A DNA stretch of 64,000 nucleotides from an uncultured delta proteobacterium. GTDB lineage: Bacteria; Myxococcota_A; Polyangia; Fen-1088. Location of the stretch: assembly GCA_963767925.1 (NCBI GenBank), contig CAVYGB010000002.1, positions 2,048,001 through 2,112,000 on the forward strand, given 5' to 3'. How positions within the stretch are numbered: the first letter of the stretch is position 1; every line of letters starts with the position of its first letter. Both the position numbers and the translations under genes were made by a program. Positions 49,634 to 59,124 of the stretch are shown here, one piece after another. The notes beneath the pieces were generated by a model, which ran no database searches, was not told where the DNA came from, and saw only the letters and a list, made by a program, of their open reading frames with translations.

Positions 49634-49649
49634 CTGAACGTTTGTATAG
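49634..49649. promoter_or_regulatory. Putative myxobacterial LexA (SOS) box within a sigma70-like promoter
   Basis: The reverse complement CTATACAAACGTTCAG fits the Myxococcus xanthus LexA consensus CTRHAMRYBYGTTCAGS at all but two degenerate positions. It lies between TTGACG (49624) and TATAGT (49645). Confidence 0.6.
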
Positions 49650-49658
49650 TCTTGCGAT

Positions 49659-50190
49659 GTGGCGACAGCGGATGAGCTGGCCGACGAGATCGCTTCCCTC
49701 GCTTACGCCAAGGTCCGGGCGCTGACCCGCGTCGCCACCCCCGAAAAACGAGCAGCGCCTCCTCGATCTCGCCAACCACGCGACCGGCGCCCAGCTCGAG
49801 AAGATCTGCCGGGCGTACCCGGCAGGTAGCGAGCTCCTTGCTGGAGGAGGGCCGCTGGTCGAAGAACGTTCGGTGTACGAGCGCCTTCACCCCGGCGGCA
49901 TGGTCCGTCTCGAGCTGGTGCTCCATCCCGGCGAGGCGGCGCTGGTTCGCCAGGCAATCGATAAGGCACGCGACGGCTTGCGTGAACGCCGTCGGAGCGA
50001 AGCCCACCCGATCGGTGTCGTGCCTGCCCAGGCCGGTCCCGGTGAACGGTCCGACGCCCGAGCTTCCTCCGTTTCGCCGGATGTGCCGGACGCCGGCACC
50101 GTTGCTGGATCGGCGGTACCCGGGGCCACCCGCTTTCTCCACAGCCACCACGTGCAGCACTGGATGGCCGGCGGCGAGACCAAGCTGAGC
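49659..50190 (+). pseudogene. DUF222/HNH endonuclease remnant
   Basis: Fragments ELADEIASL, YAKVRALTRVATP, EQRLLDLANHATGAQLEKICRAY and HSHHVQHWMAGGETKL, with frameshifts and internal deletions. Confidence 0.75.
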
Positions 50191-50231
50191 GCAACCAATC
50201 CCCGCCGCCCAGCAGATCGTGAACGCCCAGG

Positions 50232-50390
50232 AGAGTCACCTTCGCACCCCGACGCGACAGCCAGGCCGAGACGTACGCCGTCCCATACCCGAACTCGACG
50301 ACATCCTTGCCATCCAGGTCGTCGGGCAAGATATGAAGCTCGGTCTCGGGAACTGCGAAGATGCCCCACGTGATCTCGTCGGTAGCCCCG
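50232..50390 (-). pseudogene. N-terminal fragment of a class I SAM methyltransferase
   Basis: ITWGIFAVPETELHILPDDLDGKDVVEFGYGTAYVSAWLSRRGAKVT (motif I), then truncated. Confidence 0.65.
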
Positions 50391-50693
50391 GCTCGGCGGC
50401 CAGCAGGGCAAGGTGATCTACGACGGCTCTTCGATTTCTAGCCAGCAGTTCGGTTGCCGCAATTGGCAGCAGCCCAAGGCCATCAGGATCGCCCGGTCCC
50501 CGCCGCGGACCTCAGCCGTACCGGAAGCAGGTCGAGGCCAAGGCGCGGAACATGAGCGTCGGTCTCGGCCGCCGCTTTTTGCGCTAGTGCGTCCCAATGT
50601 CCATCAGGGCATCTTGGCCAAGCAAATTCGGGAGATCTGTTTCGTCTTCCGGATAGGTGGCGCCATCCTGGCCAGGATTCAAAGGGAGGTCAT

Positions 50694-51998
50694 TTGCTAA
50701 AAGAGGATGCAATCGTGACTATCCAGGGTGAGTGTTCCCTTGATGGGGACGCCATCCCTGCAGCCTCTGTCGATGCATCACTTCTGCGCTATCCGAAGGA
50801 AGCGAGTGAACGGCACGGAGCGGACGGTTACCGGCGGCGAGGTTTCGACCTCACGCCCGCTGCGACAGCTCACCGTCACTCGACGCGCATATCTGGGGCG
50901 GCCGACCGCATCCGAGATTGGTTGCTGAGCGACGAAGTGCAGATCCGCGGCGGCGATCACGATGGCGGCGTGCTGGGATGGGTCTCGAAGAACATGGAGG
51001 AACGCTTCGTGTATCCCGAGATCATGGGCTACTACCTGACCGGGCTGGCTTTTGTCGCCGAAGAAGACGGCCGCTGGGCTGATCGCTGCGCTGAACGCGC
51101 CGGCCGCGCTCTGGACTGGCTGCGTCGCCGTCGGGGAGGGTGGCTGACCCGGCACTACCTGATGTCGTCGAGCAACAAAGACTGGAGGAACTGCGCCGTC
51201 TTCAGTTTCGACCTGGGAATGCTCCTGGGAGGCATCGGTCACTGGGTCCCTTCGCACGAAGTCGGTGCTCGGGCTGCCGAGATACAGGCGGTCGTGCTGA
51301 GAGAGCTCGACTTGATATCGCCCGTCCGCGGCTTGCTCGGTTCCCACACTCTCCGGGCGGGCCACGATGAGCAGGCCTTGCCTCGTCGCTGGTCCACGGT
51401 GCCCGGGCCCCACCATGTCAAGGTCGCGGCCAACGTCGATCTGAGTCGGCCTGCACACCCTCGGCTGCTGGCGCTCGCGGAACGAACCAGGGAGCACTGG
51501 ACCAACATCATGGCCGCAGATCACGGGTCGATAGAGGTGCACCCGGTCCTGTACTTCTTGGAGGGTCTGGTGCTGCACGCGAGTGCCACGGCCGGAGAGT
51601 TACCCCTTGACCTGTTGGATGCCATCCTGTCCCGGATCCTCACCGGCCAGCATGCAGAGGGCGATCTGGCCGAGCGAGCCAACCCGCGTGGCGGGTTGCG
51701 CCGTGCGGATGTGACGGCACAGGCGCTGAGGTTGTGCGCGATCATCCTCGCGCGGAACAAGCGGCCGGGACACGGCACGCTGCCGGGTCAAGCTCGGAGC
51801 CTGTGCGCCGCGCTCCTGGATCGCTACCTCCACGAGGGCGGCGGGGTGACCAGCTTCCCTTCCCGCGACGACGGCAGCGGCGCGGGAAATCCACCCAACG
51901 TTTGGACGACAATCTTCAGCTATCAGGCGCTGCGACTGTACGAGTCCGTGCTCCGTCGGGCGGTGGTGCCGCCGGCGCTGGTCCGGCTCCTGGCTTGA
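50694..51998 (+). CDS. Hypothetical protein, probable alpha/alpha-toroid fold
   Basis: YPEIMGYY, FSFDLG, RWS..PGPHH.K, HPVLYFLEGL, RADVTAQALR, NVWTTIFSYQAL in a repeating helical pattern. First gene of the operon. Start uncertain. Confidence 0.55.
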   Translation: MLKEDAIVTIQGECSLDGDAIPAASVDASLLRYPKEASERHGADGYRRRGFDLTPAATAHRHSTRISGAADRIRDWLLSDEVQIRGGDHDGGVLGWVSKNMEERFVYPEIMGYYLTGLAFVAEEDGRWADRCAERAGRALDWLRRRRGGWLTRHYLMSSSNKDWRNCAVFSFDLGMLLGGIGHWVPSHEVGARAAEIQAVVLRELDLISPVRGLLGSHTLRAGHDEQALPRRWSTVPGPHHVKVAANVDLSRPAHPRLLALAERTREHWTNIMAADHGSIEVHPVLYFLEGLVLHASATAGELPLDLLDAILSRILTGQHAEGDLAERANPRGGLRRADVTAQALRLCAIILARNKRPGHGTLPGQARSLCAALLDRYLHEGGGVTSFPSRDDGSGAGNPPNVWTTIFSYQALRLYESVLRRAVVPPALVRLLA

Positions 51999-52031
51999 CG
52001 CCGGTCTGACGAGGCTCCACGCGGACCTGAG

Positions 52032-53198
52032 ATGAAACTGCTATTCATTGCCGAAAAGTATCCTCCCATCGTGGGGGGTGGTGAGACCCAGCTGGAGCAA
52101 CTGGCGACCTCGTTGGTGTCGCTGGGTCACCAGGTCACGGTCGCCACCGACCGGGAGGGAGTGGGAGCCGCGCCCGACCCTCGGGGCGTGCGTCTGGTCC
52201 ACCTGGCCGGGCTGCGCCGCGCTTGCAGCAGCCTGGACTGCCACCAGGCCGTCCAGAGCATCTCCAGATTGCTGGCCAGCGAGGCGCCCGACGCCCTTCA
52301 CGTGGTCAACTATGTCCCCGCCCTGCTGCTCAGCTGGTTGCGCCCAGCAATCCGGGTCCCGCTGCTCTTCTCGAGCTTCGAGACGCTCATCCCCGCTCAG
52401 CGGGTGTTCGGGTTGTATGAGGATTTCCCGCTGGAGGATACCCTGCGCCGCTCGGTGGCGACGCGGCTGGTCCCGGACATCGTGTTCTGTGGATCCGAGG
52501 CGTATCGCCAGTGGGCGCTCGCGGGCGGGTTCGACCCAGACAGGCTGCGTGTCATCCCGCACTCCACCGACGTGGAGCGGTTCGCCTTCTCCGCCGACGC
52601 CCGGGCCAGCGGACGCAAGCGCCGGGGTTGGAGCCCGTCGGATTTCGTGTTCCTGGTCCCCGCTCGACCGATTCCGCGCAAGCGGATCGAGGACCTGCTG
52701 GCCGCGGTCTCCCGCCTACCCGGCCGGCGACGGCCCAAGGTAACGCTCACCCTTCCGGCCGCGCGGGGCGATGGGGCGTATCTGGATCGCCTGCGCGCGC
52801 AGATAGCGCGTGAGCACCTGGAAGACGTCGTCCATTGGGAACCGGACCTGGCCTGGACCGACATGCCTGCCCTGTACAGCGCTTGCGACGCGGTCGTGCT
52901 CCCCTCCGCCAGGGAAGGGTTTGCCATCGCGCTCATCGAAGGCATGGCGGCATCCCGGCCGGTGATTGCCACCGACATAGAGGGTCCGAATGAGTTCGTC
53001 GTCCATGGCGTCACGGGCCTGCTCTATCAAGCGGGAAATGTCGGCCAGCTGGCCGAGCTCTTGGCCCGAGTCATGGAGACCGACACTTCGGCCATGGCGG
53101 AGACGGCTCTGGCCATGACCAGGGAGCGCTACTCGGCGGGTGCGATGGCCCGTCGCTTCGCGGACGTCTATCAGGAGGCCTGTCGTGCCGGGCGCTGA
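52032..53198 (+). CDS. Glycosyltransferase family 4
   Basis: YPPIVGGGE, ARPIPRKRIE, VLPSAREGFAIALIEGMA, GVTGLL. Confidence 0.9.
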   Translation: MKLLFIAEKYPPIVGGGETQLEQLATSLVSLGHQVTVATDREGVGAAPDPRGVRLVHLAGLRRACSSLDCHQAVQSISRLLASEAPDALHVVNYVPALLLSWLRPAIRVPLLFSSFETLIPAQRVFGLYEDFPLEDTLRRSVATRLVPDIVFCGSEAYRQWALAGGFDPDRLRVIPHSTDVERFAFSADARASGRKRRGWSPSDFVFLVPARPIPRKRIEDLLAAVSRLPGRRRPKVTLTLPAARGDGAYLDRLRAQIAREHLEDVVHWEPDLAWTDMPALYSACDAVVLPSAREGFAIALIEGMAASRPVIATDIEGPNEFVVHGVTGLLYQAGNVGQLAELLARVMETDTSAMAETALAMTRERYSAGAMARRFADVYQEACRAGR

Positions 53199-54075
53199 GA
53201 AGGTCACCGCCGGAACGCTGGCGCCAGCTAGCGGGATGGCCGTCGCCTTGTGCGTCGACGCCAAATACGTGACGGGCGCCGCGGTGACTATCGCCTCCCT
53301 CGCCGGGCACACCCCATCGCCCCTTCACATCTGGGTGCTACACGGGGGACTGGGAGACCCCGAGCTCGACCTGCTGAGACGCGCGGCCGACCTCGGCGGT
53401 GCGACCCTCCACCTCCGGACGATGTCGCAGCGAAAGATCGATCTGCCGGTTCGCTCGGACTACATCAGCACCGCCACGTTCGGTCGCCTCCTGCTCGCCG
53501 AGGCCCTGCCGTCCACCCTGAGCCGCGTCCTCTACCTCGATTGCGATCTCCTGGTGACTGGAGATCCGAGCGGGCTCTGGCAGACGGATCTGCGTGGTGC
53601 CGTCCTGGGCGCCGTGCCCGAGGCGACGACCGGCGTGGCCGGCACGCCCCGCACCTACGAACATCCGCAGGACCCGAGGCTGGACCCCGCGGATCCCTAT
53701 TTCAACGCCGGCGTTCTCCTCATCGACCTGGCGATGTGGCGTCAAAAGCGGGTCGGCGAGCGCGCGATCGCCTACATCCGGCGAAATCGTCCGCCCTTGA
53801 TGGATCAGGATGCGCTCAATGCCTGCCTGGTGGGCCGCTGGCTGCCGCTCGACCGCGCCTGGAACGTGACCACGTTCTGGTTCCGCTGCCGGAGTCGCCA
53901 GCGCCGCTACCGCGCGCTCCTGGCCCGAGCCAAGATCGTACATTTCGTGGGGCACCGGAAGCCCTGGCTCCGTGCCGACGTCTGGATGGGCCAGCGATGG
54001 CATCGACATCTGCGCACGCTGGGCGGCGAGGCGAGGCCCGCGCTGGCGGAGATGCAGCTTGGGCCGGCGCGATGA
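53185..54075 (+). CDS. Glycosyltransferase family 8
   Basis: TFGRLLL, LYLDCD, YFNAGVLLIDL, DQDALN, HFVGHRKPW. AGGAGG before GTG 53185. Confidence 0.92.
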   Translation: MPGAEKVTAGTLAPASGMAVALCVDAKYVTGAAVTIASLAGHTPSPLHIWVLHGGLGDPELDLLRRAADLGGATLHLRTMSQRKIDLPVRSDYISTATFGRLLLAEALPSTLSRVLYLDCDLLVTGDPSGLWQTDLRGAVLGAVPEATTGVAGTPRTYEHPQDPRLDPADPYFNAGVLLIDLAMWRQKRVGERAIAYIRRNRPPLMDQDALNACLVGRWLPLDRAWNVTTFWFRCRSRQRRYRALLARAKIVHFVGHRKPWLRADVWMGQRWHRHLRTLGGEARPALAEMQLGPAR

Positions 54076-55844
54076 ACATCCTGCAGTATGCTCGGACCTC
54101 TCCGCATTGCGCGCCCTGGCGCGCCGGTCGCCCGGTCTGGCCGGTCACCAGCGACGATGACCTGCTGAGCTTGAGGGCCACGGCGACCCTCTTCGGCGCC
54201 CGCCTCGAGCAGGTGGAGCCCGATCGCCTGTCGAGCGCGGCGGCTGCGTCCGAGTCTGGCGGATCGCTCGTCATGTATCCGGACCCTCGTCTGTCCGAGC
54301 TGGCCGGGCTCTATGCCCACCTGACCTCGCGGACGGCGATCCAGCTCCCGCTGGCCGAGGTGTCGCGTGCGCTGCCCGACCTCGTCGTCTGCCTGTGGGA
54401 GCACCTGTCGCTGGATCTCCTGGGCGACATTCACCGGGCGTGTCTGGAACGGCCGCTGGGCCTGCTGGTCGCCCCTACCTTGGGTGAGCTTCGCGAAAGG
54501 TTGATCCGTGCCGCCGCCGCGGCGTCGCTGGAGCCGCCCGAGCGGGGGGCGATCCTGGCGGTGCACGGCTCGGACGCGGGACCCCGAGCGAGAGCGCACT
54601 CTGGCGAACCTTCCGGGCTGGGGGCGCTGCTGCACCAGGGACACAGCGACGGGCTCGATCTGAGCTTCGGCCCTGGCGAGGTTCTCTGCGACGTCCGCCG
54701 ACAGATGGTTGGCGGAAGGTCTGGGGCGGCCGCGTTGCCCTGCGTCCAGCGCGGGCATTGCTATCGGCTCGACCAACCGCTGTCGTCCGCACTGACGGGC
54801 GGCCGCTTGCTTGCCCCCAGCGATCTCCGGGCGCGGGCGGCGGTCTTCCTCACCTGCTTCGGTGTCTCCACGAGCGACGCTCTCGTCCCGCCGTCCTGGT
54901 CATTGCTGGACGGCTTGCTTGCCTCGCCGTCACTGGGCTGTGTCGCCACCGCGTTCGGTGTCTCCCTCCCGGACCGTACAATCATCGAGGCGCTGACCCG
55001 TGGGCTGAGCGAGGGGCACACCATCGGGCAAGTGCTCTATCAGAACTCCGAGCTACCCTCCGGTGCCCGGGAGCGCTGTCGGCTGTTGCTGTTCGGCGAT
55101 CCTCGCACGCGCCCGCTCCGACCGGCTCCGGTAGTTCAGGGGCAGGTCCGGCCCAGCCCATCTCGTGGCCAGGGAAATGGGAATGAGCCGACCGGGATGC
55201 CTGCTGTGTGGACGACCGGCAGCCGCGCCGGGTTCCTGCTCGACCTCGTCGTCTTCGCGGGCACCCGATCGCCGGGATTGATCGACCGCCTGTCCCGCTT
55301 CGCCGCAGAACACAGCTCGAACCCGCCGGGTGATGACGCCTTCGCACGTCTTCTCGACGGGCTCGCGCCGCTGTGGGACCACTGGCCCGCTCTCTGCGGT
55401 CGCCCCCGCCACGTGCTGGATACGCCCCTCTGTCCGGGGTGTGGCAGAGCCGGTGATAGTTTTCGCTTCGACCTCAGCCAGGCGGGCAGCTCCCGGGTTC
55501 TCAGTACTTGTGCCCGCTGCGGCGTCTTTCGAGACATCGAGGGGGACTCCGCGCTGGCGGCTTTGCCCCCCCGGATCTGTCAGGGCGTGGTCGAGATCCC
55601 CGATGAGGTATCCGACGGCTGGGTGATGCTGAAGTACCGGGACCAGCGGAAGAAATCAACCTACTGGGCGCTCGCCCCCGCCCGGGAGCGCCGGCAGGTC
55701 ATCGTGCCAGCTCCCGCCCGGGTGAAGGCGGGTGCTGGCCTGGCAATCTTGATCGTCATCTATCTACGCAAGTTCGAAATGGCCGGCTGGCAATTCGCAC
55801 TGCACGTCGCAGAGAGTGAGGAGGACAACGGTGCTGAGAACTGA
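54072..55844 (+). CDS. Putative caspase-hemoglobinase-fold (C25/CHAT-like) protein with C-terminal zinc ribbon
   Basis: LLHQGHSDG, AVFLTCFG, GHTIGQV, LLLFGDP in the order seen in clan CD proteases. CPGC...CARC near the C-terminus. ATGA coupling to GT8. Confidence 0.5.
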   Translation: MNILQYARTSPHCAPWRAGRPVWPVTSDDDLLSLRATATLFGARLEQVEPDRLSSAAAASESGGSLVMYPDPRLSELAGLYAHLTSRTAIQLPLAEVSRALPDLVVCLWEHLSLDLLGDIHRACLERPLGLLVAPTLGELRERLIRAAAAASLEPPERGAILAVHGSDAGPRARAHSGEPSGLGALLHQGHSDGLDLSFGPGEVLCDVRRQMVGGRSGAAALPCVQRGHCYRLDQPLSSALTGGRLLAPSDLRARAAVFLTCFGVSTSDALVPPSWSLLDGLLASPSLGCVATAFGVSLPDRTIIEALTRGLSEGHTIGQVLYQNSELPSGARERCRLLLFGDPRTRPLRPAPVVQGQVRPSPSRGQGNGNEPTGMPAVWTTGSRAGFLLDLVVFAGTRSPGLIDRLSRFAAEHSSNPPGDDAFARLLDGLAPLWDHWPALCGRPRHVLDTPLCPGCGRAGDSFRFDLSQAGSSRVLSTCARCGVFRDIEGDSALAALPPRICQGVVEIPDEVSDGWVMLKYRDQRKKSTYWALAPARERRQVIVPAPARVKAGAGLAILIVIYLRKFEMAGWQFALHVAESEEDNGAEN

Positions 55845-57348
55845 AAATGGAGGCTCCCACTCCGTCGACGAGCTCGATCTGGGCCGCGGAGACGCCGCCG
55901 AGCCCTCGTCAGCCCTGGAGAGCGAGACCCAACTGCTGCGGGAATGGGGCCGAGAGCACCTGTGGATGCAGGGCGAGCGGGCCAACGATCTGCAGGCCAA
56001 GAATCGTTACCACATCATCGTTCGCGGCGAGGGCTGCTACATCTACGACATCGAGGGCAGACGCTTCATCGATGGCAACGCCAGTGGCTTCGTCAAATCC
56101 ATCGGCCACGGCCGGCCCGAGATCCGCGAGGCGGTCGCCGCCCAGCTGTCCCGGCTGAGCCACACTCCAAATTCCTTCGGCCAAGCGACCGTGCCCGCCA
56201 TCCAGCTGGCCAGGAAGCTGGCGGAGCTGACACCGGAGCCATTGCACCGGACGTTCTTCTGCACGGGTGGCAGCCACGCCATCGAGGTTGCCGTGCAGCT
56301 CGCTCGTCAGTGGCAGCAGATTCGGGGTCAGACGCGCAGGTTCAAGATCATCTCCCGACGTCCCGACTACCATGGCTCGACCTACGGTGCGATGAGCCTC
56401 GGCTCCCGGACCGATCTGAACCACAGCCTGTTCGAGCCGCTCATGCCCGGGGTGGTCCAGGTCGAGGCACCCAACTGGCTGCGCTGCCCCTGGGGCCATC
56501 GGGACGCTGGCGCGGACGGGTGCTGCGATCTCAGCATCACCAGCCTCCGCCAGACAATCGAGGGCGAGGGGGCGAATACCATCGCGGCGCTCGTGGCGAC
56601 GCCGTTCCGGGTGGGCGGCTCGCTGCCGCCCAGGGACTACTGGCCGCAGGTGAAGCGTCTCTGCGAGGAAAACGGCATCGTGCTCATCGCGGACGAGGTG
56701 ACGCTGGGCCTGGGGCGACTTGGTAGCTGGTTGGCGCTGGAGCGCTTCGGTGTCGTTCCGGACATCGTCGCCTTCGGCAAGGGGCTCACGAGCGGAGAGC
56801 TGCCGGTGGGTGCCGTCATGGCCAGCCGAGAAATCGCCGGAGCTTTCGACAGCGCCCCGCGTGCCGTGGGAAAGTTCAACCACGGATCCACGTTCGGCGC
56901 GCATCCGGTGGTGATGGCGGCCGCCCTGGAAAACCTCCGCATCATCGAGAGCGAGGGGTTGCTGGACAACGCGAACCTGATGGGCACCCATCTGTATCGT
57001 CGTCTGCTCGAGATCCAGGAGCGACACCCGAGCATCGAATATGTGTCAGGGGGCCTGGGCCTGCTAGCGAGCCTCTCCATCGTGCGCAACCGTGCCACCC
57101 GAGAGCGGTACCCCGGCGGTACGGAAGGCCCCGCGCTCACCCGTCTGGCGCAGGCGGTACGCGCCGGGGGCCTCTCCCTTCGCGTCAGCAACACGATCAA
57201 CATCAGCCCGCCCCTCACTGTGACGCGGGCGCTGGTTGACGAGATCGTCGACGTCCTCGATCGCGCACTGTCCGAGATGGAAGAGGCCTTCCCACCCGAA
57301 GCCCCGACCGGACCGTTGTCCCCCAACCCGACTGCTGGAATGTCATGA
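55831..57348 (+). CDS. Class III PLP-dependent aminotransferase
   Basis: RGEGCYIYD.EGRRFID, IGHGR, GGSHA, YHGST, LIADEV.LGLGR, PDIVAFGKGLTSG (PLP Lys), HGSTFGAHP, SPPL. Confidence 0.93.
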   Translation: MLRTENGGSHSVDELDLGRGDAAEPSSALESETQLLREWGREHLWMQGERANDLQAKNRYHIIVRGEGCYIYDIEGRRFIDGNASGFVKSIGHGRPEIREAVAAQLSRLSHTPNSFGQATVPAIQLARKLAELTPEPLHRTFFCTGGSHAIEVAVQLARQWQQIRGQTRRFKIISRRPDYHGSTYGAMSLGSRTDLNHSLFEPLMPGVVQVEAPNWLRCPWGHRDAGADGCCDLSITSLRQTIEGEGANTIAALVATPFRVGGSLPPRDYWPQVKRLCEENGIVLIADEVTLGLGRLGSWLALERFGVVPDIVAFGKGLTSGELPVGAVMASREIAGAFDSAPRAVGKFNHGSTFGAHPVVMAAALENLRIIESEGLLDNANLMGTHLYRRLLEIQERHPSIEYVSGGLGLLASLSIVRNRATRERYPGGTEGPALTRLAQAVRAGGLSLRVSNTINISPPLTVTRALVDEIVDVLDRALSEMEEAFPPEAPTGPLSPNPTAGMS

Positions 57349-58346
57349 ACACCATCGCCACCCCACGCCGCACCGGATTTGGTCCCTCGCCCTTCACGAT
57401 GGGGACCTGGCCCCTCAGCGGGAGCGGGCACTACGGGGAAGTCGACGAACGGGAAGCCATCCACACCATCCACGCCGCCCTCGAGGTCGGGGTGACCAGC
57501 TTCGATACCGCGCCCGGATATGGGCAGGGCTATGCCGAGAGCCTGCTGGGAGCCGCCCTGGAGGGACGTCGAGACCGGGCGATCATCACCACCAAGTTCG
57601 GCCTGATCTCCGGTCGCGATCGCCACAGCGGCCGGGCCTCCATGCTGGCCGAGATCGATCAAAGCCTGAAACGTCTCCGCACCGACTACGTCGACTACTA
57701 TGTCGGGCACTGGCCAGACCCAGTCACCCCGCTGGAAGAGACCATGGGGGCGCTCGACGACATAGTGCGTGCGGGCAAAGCGCGACGGGTGGGGCTCTCC
57801 AACTACACCCTCGAGCTGGTGCAGCGATGTCGAGCCATTCGCCCCATCGATGTGGTCCAGGTCGGATACAGCCTCTTCGACCGGCGCATGGAGTCGGACC
57901 TGTTTCCCTACTGCCTGGAGCACGGAATCGCCATCATGACCTACGGCCCGCTGGTCCACGGGTTGGTGATTGATGGGATCAGCGAGGACACCACTTACCC
58001 GGCCAGCGACTGGCGCGCCAAGGGATGTGCAATGGGCCAGCCGTTGTTGACCCGGGAGAACCTTTTGCACAACGCTCGGGTCGTTCGCCGCCTGCGTGAG
58101 GAAGTGGCCCGACCCAAGGGTATGACCGTCTCGCAGCTGGCGCTCAGCTGGGTACTTGACCACCCGGCCGTCACCACCGCGCTGGTAGGCGCGCGCAACC
58201 GGTCGGAGCTGCGGGAGGACGTGGTCAGGCCCACCCCCCTCGGCCCCGCCGATCGGGACCAGATCGAGGAGATCATGGCGGGCGCGCGGGGGCGCGTGAA
58301 AGTCTTCCGTCCCTACGGTCGGGCTCGCGAGGACTGGAGCCAGTGA
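57345..58346 (+). CDS. Aldo/keto reductase
   Basis: MGTWPL, FDTAPGYG, TKFG, SLKRLRTDYVD, HWPD, GLSN, YSLFDR, QLALSW. Confidence 0.93.
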   Translation: MNTIATPRRTGFGPSPFTMGTWPLSGSGHYGEVDEREAIHTIHAALEVGVTSFDTAPGYGQGYAESLLGAALEGRRDRAIITTKFGLISGRDRHSGRASMLAEIDQSLKRLRTDYVDYYVGHWPDPVTPLEETMGALDDIVRAGKARRVGLSNYTLELVQRCRAIRPIDVVQVGYSLFDRRMESDLFPYCLEHGIAIMTYGPLVHGLVIDGISEDTTYPASDWRAKGCAMGQPLLTRENLLHNARVVRRLREEVARPKGMTVSQLALSWVLDHPAVTTALVGARNRSELREDVVRPTPLGPADRDQIEEIMAGARGRVKVFRPYGRAREDWSQ

Positions 58347-59107
58347 TGGAAGCACGACTAGACGGCGGGCGGGACACCACGAACGACTATCTTTTCGATG
58401 CCTGCGGGTATCTGAGGCACCGGAGCCATCTCGACGCCGCGAGAGTGGCCCAGCTCCTCGAAGCGCTGGCGCCGCGCTGGGAGACCACCACCAGCGTCGG
58501 CACCGAACGCGTCCGTAGCCTGGTTGGCGTCTCGGATCGTTTCGTCGACCTGGCCAATCACCTCGCGCGCGACATGCAGGTCCAGCGCTACATCAACCAG
58601 CCGTACCGGCTGATCGAGAGCTACGGGTTGCGGCGTATCGCAGGCACGTCGTTGCCTCTGCACAATGGTTTCAGCCAGCGCCAGGTGTCGGTGACCGGCG
58701 ACAGCTCTTCGCGCTCTATGTGGAGACACCACACGTATCACGATGGCAAGACCTACTGCATGATGGTCAAGATCCTGCTTTACCTCACCGACGTGGCGAC
58801 GGAAGGGGACGGCCCCTTCTGTTTCGTGGAGGGATCACACAAGGCCAACTTTGCCTTGCCCATTCCGGGTCCGGAGGTCAATGCGTCCCTGGCCCAGCAG
58901 GTGCTTCCCAACGTGCGGGCGCTACCGGTGCTGGCGGGCGACGTTGTCGTCCTGAACGAGGCGCTGATGCACGGGACGCTCATCAAGACCACCAGCGCGC
59001 CGCGTGTGGTCCTCGCCTTTTCCTACGCCCCGCGTTTCGTGGCGGACTATGACGAGACGTCGGGTCCGGCCCTCCCCGCCGGCTCCGGCACCGGATTTTA
59101 TCCCTGA
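58346..59107 (+). CDS. Fe(II)/2-oxoglutarate enzyme, PhyH-like
   Basis: PLHNG, YLTDV...DGPFCFVEGSHKANF, AGDVVVLNEALMHGT, PR. Confidence 0.85.
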   Translation: MEARLDGGRDTTNDYLFDACGYLRHRSHLDAARVAQLLEALAPRWETTTSVGTERVRSLVGVSDRFVDLANHLARDMQVQRYINQPYRLIESYGLRRIAGTSLPLHNGFSQRQVSVTGDSSSRSMWRHHTYHDGKTYCMMVKILLYLTDVATEGDGPFCFVEGSHKANFALPIPGPEVNASLAQQVLPNVRALPVLAGDVVVLNEALMHGTLIKTTSAPRVVLAFSYAPRFVADYDETSGPALPAGSGTGFYP

Positions 59108-59124
59108 CCCGCGGAGGCCCAGCC

